Below are positions 17,362-24,989 of a stretch of 24,989 bases of DNA, in pieces. Positions within the stretch are counted from its first letter, which is position 1. Every line of letters starts with the position of its first letter. Source of the DNA: a bacterium. Lineage in GTDB: Bacteria; SZUA-182; DTGQ01. The notes under the pieces are model-generated. The model had not been told where the DNA came from, searched no databases, and saw nothing but the letters and a program-made list of their open reading frames with translations. Position numbers and translations under genes: made by a program. The DNA lies in NCBI GenBank assembly GCA_040752695.1, contig JBFMGO010000091.1, forward strand, positions 1-24,989, read 5' to 3'.

Positions 17362-18399
17362 TTATCCCTTTCGCTCTTTCAGAAGCTGCAAAAAGCTTTC
17401 CAGCCGGATTCTGGTCCGGGCATCAAGCTTTCCGGGATTATCCCCCTCTAAGGTAAGAATCGGCAGGGAAGGAATCGATTTTCGTACAATGAGATCCTCA
17501 AGCCGGTGAAAGCAAAAGGACTGCACATAATGAATCAGCCCGTCAATCCGCCGCACCTTTATCTGCTCCCTGATATCAGAGATCCGGCTGAAGACATCGT
17601 AGGGATAGGTATAATTCCGGTACTGGGCCACCAGGCTTTCTCCCTGATACCGCTCAGCCAGACTTCTCCCCTCCTGGGACTGCTGCTCCAAAGGCGCAGG
17701 CATGCTGAACTGTCGCTGCACCTCGTTAAAGACAATGCGCCCCCCTAAAGACTCGATCAGGGAATAAAGGTCCGTAAAAATCGGGGGCACGCCGATATAT
17801 CCCAGCCTGACCTCTTCTTCGAGTATCTTTTTCCTGGCAGCAAGTTCAGCCATGAATTGGTCGATCCCGGCATCAAAGCTTTCCGGGTCCCCCTGCATAT
17901 CACTGCAGCATATCTGATAAAGGTGATTCTCAAACCCTGTCACTCTATTATCATCCCAGGTCATCTGATCGATCCGGTGCACTTTCCGGCGGATTGCATC
18001 CAGCCGCACCTTCATGGCCAAAGCATCGTCCCATGTGCATTGAAAGGCGGCCAAAAGCCGCTCCATCTGGATCTTCAACAACTCCTCATCCCGGTCATAG
18101 GGATAAGCAAAGGGAATAATGGCTACGCCATCGAGGCTGAGCATTTCGATCAGAGCCTGCGTATTGCTGCAATCCCCTTGAGTCACGGCCACCATCCGGG
18201 AGATCCCCTCCTGCCGCGCAACCGAATAGATCCCCTTGATCCAGGCGCACAGGTTCCGGGGAAAACCCTGGATCTCCGCCTCATGCACCAGTTGCATGGA
18301 GTCCCGGCTCATGAAAAGATTATTCAAATCTACCGGTGTACACCCTCCGGCCAGAATAATCTCAAGGGGCACGGTAGTGGTAATTCCTATTTTTGGCAT
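17362..18399 (-). CDS. 2-hydroxyacyl-CoA dehydratase family (HGD-D) Fe-S protein, single subunit
   Basis: Three Cys motifs (NLCAWIKG, QGDCSN, QSFCFH), IDGLIHY, LEGD and RIRLESF; directly upstream of the activase. Confidence 0.85.
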   Translation of the reverse strand: MPKIGITTTVPLEIILAGGCTPVDLNNLFMSRDSMQLVHEAEIQGFPRNLCAWIKGIYSVARQEGISRMVAVTQGDCSNTQALIEMLSLDGVAIIPFAYPYDRDEELLKIQMERLLAAFQCTWDDALAMKVRLDAIRRKVHRIDQMTWDDNRVTGFENHLYQICCSDMQGDPESFDAGIDQFMAELAARKKILEEEVRLGYIGVPPIFTDLYSLIESLGGRIVFNEVQRQFSMPAPLEQQSQEGRSLAERYQGESLVAQYRNYTYPYDVFSRISDIREQIKVRRIDGLIHYVQSFCFHRLEDLIVRKSIPSLPILTLEGDNPGKLDARTRIRLESFLQLLKERKG

Positions 18400-18670
18400 T
18401 TGTTATCCTGCGATAGTTTGTCCTATGATACTATTTTGCCCTTGCGGCAATTCAGTTTTGGGGTCAGGCATTGGATATCTATCGTACTGCCAGTTAACTC
18501 AACAGCATATGATACCACATCTTACCGGCAGCAGCAATTCCTATAGAGAGCGAAAGGCACTCTCTCAGCTCAAGGCATTGAAGCGAGAGATCCACCATCT
18601 TCCCTGTCTTTCCTGTCACCCCTCTTCCCTGTCACCCCCCTCCCCTGCCTCCTTTAATCCACCCCTTGGG

Positions 18671-19693
18671 TTAATAACATTGCCTCACAGGGGGGCAGTC
18701 CAAGACGACCGAAGTTGACTGCTCGACGGTAAAGGCATTTCTGAGTATTGCATATCCGCCGTCAGGATTAATGACATGCAGATTATACGTGCCAGGGCGA
18801 TAACCCGCAGGGACTGTGGCCATAATGGTGCCTGAATCAATGCAGCTTATGTCCTCGAGGGGCCTGAATTTTTCCATCACCTGCAAGCCTGTATAACCAT
18901 CAGCCACATAAACACAGGTGCCGCAAATCGCTACACTCTCAGCACTGTATGGTGTATTGCATGAGCCAATGAGGCGGGGAGATGAGGGATCGCTGATATC
19001 TATCACCTGCAAGCCTGCATAACCATCAGCCACATAAGCACAGATGCCGCAAATAGCTACGCCATGAGCTATGTGTGGTGTATCATAAGAGCCCATTGGG
19101 AGAAAAGATGAAGGAGTGCTGATATTTACCACTTTCAAGCCTAAACCATCAGCCAGGTAGGCACAGGTGCCGCAAATCGCTACGCCCCAGACATAGCCTT
19201 GTGTATCATAAGAGCCAATGAGATGAGGAGATGCGGGGTCGCTGATATCTATCACCTGCAAGCCTGCATAATCATCAGCTATATAGGCACAGGTGCCGCA
19301 AATCGCTACGTCACGGGCGTAGCCTGGTGTATCATAAGAGCCAACGTGGCGGGGACATGAAGGATCGCTGATATCTATTATCTGCAAGCCTGCATCACAA
19401 TCAGCTATGCAGGCATAGGAGCCGGAAATTGCTACGCATGAGGCCCAGCCTGGTGTATAGCATGAGCCGATCATATACGGTCCCCCTCCATAGAGGGCAA
19501 CCTGAGGCGGAAATTTGAAGTCTGCTCCTTTTATGGTCACACGGGTAGATTGTCCAGTATTCCCTTTCCCTGGTTGTATGGAGGTAATGACCTGGGCCCT
19601 TACCATTATCGGATTGAAAGGCCAAAGAGCTAAAGCAGTCGCCATTATTGCAAGACTCAGGCTATACATAAGATCAGAATATTTCCCTTTCAT
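18671..19693 (-). CDS. Secreted LVIVD-repeat protein with split IPT/TIG domain
   Basis: Signal peptide ending VRA|Q; ITSIQP..G...T.VTIKGADF; five GSYDTPG...VA...AYVADG..GLQVIDISDP repeats; then SGTIMATVP...PGTYNLHVINPDGG...AFTV. Confidence 0.85.
   Translation of the reverse strand: MKGKYSDLMYSLSLAIMATALALWPFNPIMVRAQVITSIQPGKGNTGQSTRVTIKGADFKFPPQVALYGGGPYMIGSCYTPGWASCVAISGSYACIADCDAGLQIIDISDPSCPRHVGSYDTPGYARDVAICGTCAYIADDYAGLQVIDISDPASPHLIGSYDTQGYVWGVAICGTCAYLADGLGLKVVNISTPSSFLPMGSYDTPHIAHGVAICGICAYVADGYAGLQVIDISDPSSPRLIGSCNTPYSAESVAICGTCVYVADGYTGLQVMEKFRPLEDISCIDSGTIMATVPAGYRPGTYNLHVINPDGGYAILRNAFTVEQSTSVVLDCPPVRQCY
18875..19480 (-). repeat. Intragenic tandem repeat, five units of about 126 bp (LVIVD blades)
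   Basis: Near-identical DNA blocks such as gatatctatcacctgcaagcctgcata and gcacaggtgccgcaaatcgctac recur every 123-126 bp. Confidence 0.9.
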
Positions 19694-19766
19694 TCCAATT
19701 TCCTTACCTGGAAGTTAATGATGATTCTCCTGTTTCTTACGCTCTTGAGGAGACGCATACCTAACC

Positions 19767-19850
19767 AATACATCACATAAAACACTTCATACCAAACGCA
19801 TCATATAACACGTATCATAAATAACGCACATCATAATAACGCACATCATA
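19767..19850. repeat. Intergenic tandem repeat of about 15 bp, about 6 copies with graded decay
   Basis: Two exact ATAACGCACATCATA copies (19821-19850), preceded by progressively more degenerate copies. Confidence 0.75.
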
Positions 19851-19887
19851 CAAGGCCCTTCTTCGTTAAAGATAGGGGAACCCCTTC

Positions 19888-21131
19888 CTATTTTAGAACC
19901 TTGGCATATTTGGCCAGAGCCTCGATGCAAAAGGCAGTGGTCAATTCTTCGGAACCAAAGTATAACATGTGTACAGGATCAATATAAAAGGGCGCACAAT
20001 CCCAGTTGCCTTCACTATTCTGCCTATCGAGCAGGAAGCGGATGCCGGTATCCACTCTGTTCTTTTGTGAAGGTGAAAGCTCACCGTAGCCCAGATTTAA
20101 GAGCGAAACCAGAGCCAGGGCGGTTTCCATATCGACCTCGCTGCTACCGTGGTAATATGGAGGCCAGTTCCCTTTCTCCTGCTGACCGGAGAGAATAAAG
20201 GTTTGCAGGTCAGTTATCATTTCTGAGTCAAAGAGGGTTTTTGCTCCTGTATCTGCGTATACTCTGGTGGTCAGATAGGTGAAGGCATACGGCGAGCGGT
20301 AGTACTCGGCAAAATAGGGCAAGCCTGCCATCATCATCTTCAGCATATCATTTAACCACTCCATGACCTCAGGGACTTTACTCTCTTCACCCAGCGATGC
20401 AAACATGTACAGCGCATTGGCTGCTGTACTGCTGCATATATCTGTGGGGACAGGGGGATCAAACAGCCAGACGTAGAATACACCGTCAGGTGCTCTATAG
20501 TTGTTTTTAAAGAAATCAAGGTCTGCTCTTATGGCCATTCCGCTTTCGTGGAGGGCAGCGTTGATACATCCCGTAGTACAAAAATCAGCAGGCAAGTGTG
20601 GGGGGCAAATTCTCCAACACCATCATATCCAAAAAAGCGATAAATTCCATAATGTCCGTCTATGTCCTCCTCGTGCGGAGCAAAATGACTGGCTGCCAGG
20701 CGTATCATCTGCCAGAATTCAGGTGTTGAGACAATCCCTATGGGCAGGTCATGAGCGGTATTAAGGCTGTGAACGACAAAGGGTGTCGTAAAGAGAGTAA
20801 AGACATATTTTTTATCACTCATGTCCGGACAGTGCCACATATACGTGGCAAACTCACCGGCATGAAGATCGCCTGCCCAATCTTCCGGTTGAAGCCCATT
20901 CGGGGACTGGCGGCCCTTGAGAAACAAGATACCCTTTTCCACTGCCTGCCCGCAACGGTCGGATAAACCATCGATATCTGAGTCCCGAACTGAAGCGCCT
21001 AACATGACTAAGGAGCCTAAAGAGCCTGTAGAATCCTGAAACGTATCTGTCTTTGTTCCTGAAAACAGGATAAAAAGAAGCAGAGAGGGCATTAAAATAA
21101 ACACCCTTTTTTCTCTTATGCTTATACTCAT
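19888..21131 (-). pseudogene. Prenyltransferase/squalene cyclase-fold (QW repeat) exported or membrane-anchored protein, split by a 1-nt frameshift near 20600
   Basis: ORF 21131-20529 (AAGGAG SD, hydrophobic N-terminus, QSPNG, YRFF) overlaps ORF 20595-19888 (QQEKGNW, QNSEGNW, FGSEELTTAFCIEAL). One extra base in the G6 run at 20600-20605 joins them into a 414-aa frame. Confidence 0.7.
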
Positions 21132-21689
21132 ATTCTTTCTCCTTCCAATATGCAGCACATAGGCTGAGAAGTTCACTCACAGATCTTGTCGATGTATACT
21201 CTCGGAGTTTTCTGATTTTTCTTCCCTTGTTTTTTTGATAATTATTTGAAATATAACCAATTTTATGACTATAAGCCTACTCTTTATGGAGGGGATTACT
21301 TTCCTGTGGTGCCCGCTTGTGCCTGTCCTTACATGGTTTATCTTACCTGGTTGAGTAATCACATCCCATATCCTTGCCGAATGCAGAGTTTATTTCCTGA
21401 TAATTGCGCTGTAGAAGTTTCCGCATTTTTACGATTCTGATTATATTCTATACTTTTGCACTCTTTGTCATTGCGAAACAATCAGCATTTCAATCACTTA
21501 ATAAAAAATGCAAAAGCATAGATTATATTCATTATGATTTTTTTTGTCAGGTGTAACCGCTCCCCCAAAAATTTACACTCACAAGTTAAACAGTCACGGA
21601 TCGATCTGTACTGTAAATTCATTTGAAAACCATATAAAGGGTGAATACTATCTCAATACACTTGCAAACCGTATGAGGAGTGAAAAAAT

Positions 21690-23012
21690 ATGGCCAAAAA
21701 AATTGGATTATCGATAGCAGTATTGTCTTTGGCAGCGTGTATAACGATTTTGGTAACACCTAAACAAGGACTCAGCAATTTTGGACAGGATATCAAAACA
21801 TTGATACGGGGAATCCTGTCACCATCACAAATCGGAACTCTCATCAGCTTTCGCAGTGATTTCAAGGAGAAGTATCAGTCCCTCAAAGGAGAGCACCCGG
21901 ATCCTGTAAAAATCTGGCAGGAACTTCAACTCAGTGAGGAGCAGCAGGAGCAGCTTTTGGGTGTGGCTGATTCCAGAGTGGAGGTAATACATCCCGCTTT
22001 CATGACACTGCTTGAAACAGGAAGGGATGTAAGCCGGATCCTTCTTGCTGCAGATCCAGCAAACCCCGAAATTGCCGTTATTTCTCAGCGACTGGGGCAG
22101 CAGATACAAGAGCTTGCCTGGAATCTGGCTCTTACCCATAAAGAAGGAGAAGTCTTGCTTACAAAGGACCAGCGTGAGTGCCTGTATACGCTCCACAACG
22201 AGCACAACCTGAATGCTGTAAAAAGAATGGATAGTCTCCCGGCAATAGGCGATGATCTTGCTGCATTCTGGGAAAAATTGGGAATCTCTGCAAAGCAGGT
22301 CGATGCATTGGGCGTCCTGCACAAATTTTTTGCACAGAAAAAGGTGAAACAGTTTGGAGAGGCACACGCAGAGCTTCATGAGAAGATACAAAATCTTCTT
22401 ACTCCAAGGCAACAGCAATTGGCCGAAACCTTTTATGAAAAATATTTTCCTGCTGGTTGGGACCATCTTCAGAAAAAAGCTCTGGAACGTGAGCTGTTGC
22501 ATGAGGAACTTCAGCTCAGCGGTGAGCAAAAAATCCGTCTTATCCAGATAATGCTCTCAAACCGTCAGAAGATCGTCTCTGCTCTCCAGGAGCTCAGGCA
22601 GGCGGCCTTCGGTCTGCATGAGGCAGTCAGGGCCGAAACTCTGGACCGGCCGAATGTCATGGAGGCTGCTCAGGTAGTCGCCGCAGCCATAAGACAGTCC
22701 CTGAGCACCGGAGCATCTCTGATCGCCGAAGCGAATCAGGTTTTACAGCCCAGACAGACGGAATTTTTGGCGAGTCATATCAGCAGTTGGTGGGACGATC
22801 ATCTGGAGTCTGCCCAGACTCTGCCGCAAAAGGTCCACGATCTGGCAGATCTGCTTGAAGAACTGGAACTCTCTTCAGCTCAGAAAGAGAAAATCATCGC
22901 CCTGGTAGCTGAAACACGAAAAGAGTTGCACCAGTCATACCACTGGAGTAAACTTGACGAATACTGCCCGGAACATGGAAACATGAATAACGGAACATGG
23001 AAACATGAATAA
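21690..23012 (+). CDS. Periplasmic helical protein with multiple Spy/CpxP-like LTxxQ motifs
   Basis: N-terminal signal/anchor, then LSEEQ, LTKDQ, ISAKQ, LTPRQ, LSGEQ, LQPRQ and LSSAQ; GAGGAG SD. Confidence 0.7.
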   Translation: MAKKIGLSIAVLSLAACITILVTPKQGLSNFGQDIKTLIRGILSPSQIGTLISFRSDFKEKYQSLKGEHPDPVKIWQELQLSEEQQEQLLGVADSRVEVIHPAFMTLLETGRDVSRILLAADPANPEIAVISQRLGQQIQELAWNLALTHKEGEVLLTKDQRECLYTLHNEHNLNAVKRMDSLPAIGDDLAAFWEKLGISAKQVDALGVLHKFFAQKKVKQFGEAHAELHEKIQNLLTPRQQQLAETFYEKYFPAGWDHLQKKALERELLHEELQLSGEQKIRLIQIMLSNRQKIVSALQELRQAAFGLHEAVRAETLDRPNVMEAAQVVAAAIRQSLSTGASLIAEANQVLQPRQTEFLASHISSWWDDHLESAQTLPQKVHDLADLLEELELSSAQKEKIIALVAETRKELHQSYHWSKLDEYCPEHGNMNNGTWKHE

Positions 23013-23014
23013 CG
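22969..23014 (+). repeat. Perfect 22-bp tandem duplication at a gene 3' end
   Basis: CGGAACATGGAAACATGAATAA at 22969-22990 and 22991-23012. Confidence 0.9.
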
Positions 23015-23104
23015 AATGACTGGAAAGAGCAATGTGCCGGGGTGACTGGAAGAGCCTGAATTCTCAGGGCATCCCGGTACATCGTCTGTATCAGAGGAAA
23101 ACAG

Positions 23105-23749
23105 ATGCATGCTGTCACCATCCAGGAACGATGGAGCAACCAGGTTCTTCTGCCCTGTAGAATGACGACCAGGGGCTTGGATACTTTTGTCTCAGCCATT
23201 GATCTGCAGGATATCGAACAGTCTTTGGCCAACGATCAAAGTGCGTTTGAACGACTGGTAAGACGTTACCAGAACGCAGTTTCAAGGTGGATGTGGCGTT
23301 TCACCCGGGATCAGAACATTCTGGAAGAACTGGTGCAGGAAGTTTTTATCGAAGTCTGGAAAACCCTTTCCGCTTTTCAGGGAAAGTCAGGGTTTCAGAC
23401 CTGGCTCTTTACCATCGCGACCCGGGTAGGATACCGGTACTGGCGCAGCAAAGCACAGGAGAAAAAACGGACCGCCGAAGTCACCGCGCGGTTGATATCG
23501 GAAATGCAGCAGCAGGAAGATCTGACACCTTCCGACGCAGCAGAGGCGTTGTACGAGCTCCTGGCTACGCTCCCTCCCCGGGATCGCCTCGTGCTTACGC
23601 TTCTCTACTTTGAGGATCTTGATACCAGGGAAATAGCCCTGATTACCGGCTGGACCACTGTGATGGTGAAGGTGCAGGCGTATCGTGCCCGCAACAAACT
23701 TAAAAACATGCTTGAATCTGCCGGTTACAGGAGAACAAAACATGACTGA
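23105..23749 (+). CDS. ECF family RNA polymerase sigma factor
   Basis: Region 2 AFERLVRRY...ELVQEVFIEVW...FQTWLFTIA; region 4 LPPRDRLVLTLLYFE....EIA...VKVQAYRARNKLK. Confidence 0.93.
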   Translation: MHAVTIQERWSNQVLLPCRMTTRGLDTFVSAIDLQDIEQSLANDQSAFERLVRRYQNAVSRWMWRFTRDQNILEELVQEVFIEVWKTLSAFQGKSGFQTWLFTIATRVGYRYWRSKAQEKKRTAEVTARLISEMQQQEDLTPSDAAEALYELLATLPPRDRLVLTLLYFEDLDTREIALITGWTTVMVKVQAYRARNKLKNMLESAGYRRTKHD

Positions 23750-24005
23750 TCCTCTGCATTCGGTGAAAAAACTGGCCCAAATAGCCAGAAGAGAATCAAT
23801 TCCCGCGCTGGACGTGGCATCTTGTGTCATGCGCTCCATCCATGAGCGTAAACTGCCCCTGGATAATGCCCCGTTTCGCTGGATAGCCTGGGGAGCAGGT
23901 GCCTGCGCAGCCCTGATGCTCATCATAGCCGTATTTCCGCTATATCAGGCATGGACCGATCCTCTTATTCTCTCCTTGATGGGCCTTTTCTGGGGGTTAT
24001 TATGA
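23742..24005 (+). CDS. Putative membrane anti-sigma factor
   Basis: AGGAG SD; start overlaps the sigma stop; short cytoplasmic helix followed by a TM segment (WIAWGAGACAALMLIIAVF). Confidence 0.7.
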   Translation: MTDPLHSVKKLAQIARRESIPALDVASCVMRSIHERKLPLDNAPFRWIAWGAGACAALMLIIAVFPLYQAWTDPLILSLMGLFWGLL

Positions 24006-24484
24006 GCAAGACAGAATCTGGTACGGAAAAAGCACCCGGCAACATGCCATCCCATTATCAACATCCCCGGCGCTGGAAATCATTTGTATGGGGATTTGTC
24101 ATCCTCTTTTCCGGTATGATCATAGGTGCAGGCATATCCTTATATGCAGGGCATGCGATGCTGTTCCAGGCCATCCACTCCGAGAATAAAATGGCTGAAC
24201 ACATCACGAGACGGATCGCATGGAAAGTTGATCTCACACCAGAGCAGCGCAAGCAGGTAGAAATCATCGTTCGTGCACGGGTGGCCGGATTCAGAGAGAT
24301 TATCGACGCCGTCTATCCGCAAGTCGAAGGGCAGTTCGAATTACTTCACCAGGAAGTAAAATCTTTGCTCACCGCGGAGCAGAAGGTGAAGTGGGAGAAG
24401 CATTATAAAAAGATGAAAGGCAATCTCGATCGTCATTGGCCAGGCTCTTGGAATTCGGGAAACATTGTCGAGCACAAGAGGTAA
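24002..24484 (+). CDS. Membrane-anchored periplasmic LTxxQ (heavy-metal sensor/CpxP-like) protein
   Basis: ATGA overlap with the upstream gene; TM segment FVWGFVILFSGMIIGAG; motifs DLTPEQ and LLTAEQ. Confidence 0.72.
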   Translation: MSKTESGTEKAPGNMPSHYQHPRRWKSFVWGFVILFSGMIIGAGISLYAGHAMLFQAIHSENKMAEHITRRIAWKVDLTPEQRKQVEIIVRARVAGFREIIDAVYPQVEGQFELLHQEVKSLLTAEQKVKWEKHYKKMKGNLDRHWPGSWNSGNIVEHKR

Positions 24485-24540
24485 TTGAAACTGCATCTGA
24501 GCATCTCGGCCCTGGTTCAGTTTGATGACAAAGCTTATAA

Positions 24541-24553
24541 AATCAATAAGTTA
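24541..24553 (+). promoter_or_regulatory. IHF binding consensus
   Basis: AATCAATAAGTTA matches WATCAANNNNTTR exactly, in an AT-rich context. Confidence 0.45.
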
Positions 24554-24577
24554 AAAAATGCCGCAGAGTTTAGTTAA

Positions 24578-24631
24578 CTTCTGCTTGATATTAGATAAAA
24601 TCTCCTTCTGCTTGATATTAGATAAAATCTC
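24578..24631. repeat. Perfect 27-bp tandem duplication
   Basis: CTTCTGCTTGATATTAGATAAAATCTC at 24578-24604 and 24605-24631. Confidence 0.92.
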
Positions 24632-24676
24632 TTAGTACACTATACCCCGCGCGGTAAATACGCGGCCATCGCATTA

Positions 24677-24746
24677 AGAACCTATCCGAAAAGTGGGGAT
24701 AACCTCAATATTTATAATCAGTTCCAGGACTTTTCGGATAGTCTCT
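24677..24746. mobile_element. MITE-like element or IS remnant of about 70 bp
   Basis: Perfect 13-bp inverted repeats CTATCCGAAAAGT (24682-24694) and ACTTTTCGGATAG (24729-24741), extendable with mismatches and flanked by TTA/TAA. Confidence 0.55.
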
Positions 24747-24763
24747 AAATACGCATCCAGATC

Positions 24764-24829
24764 ATAGGGGCAGGTCCCTGTGCCTGCCCTTGTCCATACC
24801 AGGCGGCCACAACAGGGGGCCGCCCCTAC
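24764..24829. repeat. REP doublet (REPIN-like)
   Basis: ATAG-GGGCAGG-tccctgtg-CCTGCCC and the inverted GGCGGCC-acaacaggg-GGCCGCC-C-CTAC: two hairpins with outward GTAG-like feet. Confidence 0.7.
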
Positions 24830-24909
24830 AACAACCGGCTGCGTAATTCTCGCTGCCTGTACTTAGTGGTCCTATCGCTAAGAAAGTACTCATTTTTTAT
24901 GTCATTTTA

Positions 24910-24918
24910 TGGTATACT
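24910..24918 (+). promoter_or_regulatory. Extended -10 element for the next gene
   Basis: TG-G-TATACT, about 50 bp upstream of ATG 24966. Confidence 0.4.
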
Positions 24919-24965
24919 TCTCTTAAGAGGAATTTAAAATTAATACATTTTTAGAGGTAGTAAAA

Positions 24966-24989
24966 ATGTCTAAGCTAAGAGAAGTAACC
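24966..24989 (+). CDS. Start of a gene running off the window (MSKLREVT...; thioredoxin-like N-terminus possible)
   Basis: GAGGT SD before ATG 24966. Only 8 codons are visible, so the product is a guess. Confidence 0.4.

Noticed and set aside
18875..19480. Diversity-generating retroelement TR/VR pair in the LVIVD repeats
   Set aside because: The repeats are in-frame protein units, differences are not confined to adenines, and no reverse transcriptase is in the window.
21177..21440. Short ORFs of 61 and 64 aa in the divergent intergenic region
   Set aside because: No clear SD or motif and they overlap each other; they cannot be supported without homology or expression data.
21551..21580. ECF promoter (TGTAAC) upstream of the Spy-like gene as a firm feature
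   Set aside because: The -35-like AAC is present but no convincing -10 element at the expected spacing; kept only as a candidate.
24484..24553. ATTGAAAC (CRISPR repeat-like end) near an IHF site
   Set aside because: Single occurrence overlapping a stop codon; no second repeat or spacer structure.

Overview
Chromosomal window from a diderm, probably anaerobic bacterium (Desulfobacterota/Nitrospinota-like gene order; taxonomy is inference only). Housekeeping blocks: ferredoxin-fused etfA (5'-truncated)-fabD-[PilX-like orphan]-fabG-acpP-fabF-rnc, and ileS-lspA-lgt. Accessory content between them: (i) a minus-strand cassette of two large secreted beta-sandwich proteins behind a near-consensus sigma54 promoter; (ii) a three-gene operon of a single-subunit 2-hydroxyacyl-CoA dehydratase-like Fe-S protein, its ATP-dependent activase and a small Cys4 protein; (iii) a secreted protein with five LVIVD repeats inserted inside an IPT/TIG domain; (iv) a frameshifted class II terpene cyclase/prenyltransferase-fold gene with Cys in place of the DxDD acid; (v) an ECF sigma/anti-sigma module flanked by Spy/CpxP-like (LTxxQ) periplasmic proteins. 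The right end has an IHF consensus site, a MITE-like inverted repeat and a REP doublet. Short tandem microduplications recur at gene ends. No rRNA, tRNA, CRISPR array, transposase or reverse transcriptase was recognised. All family assignments come from motif recognition, not database searches.
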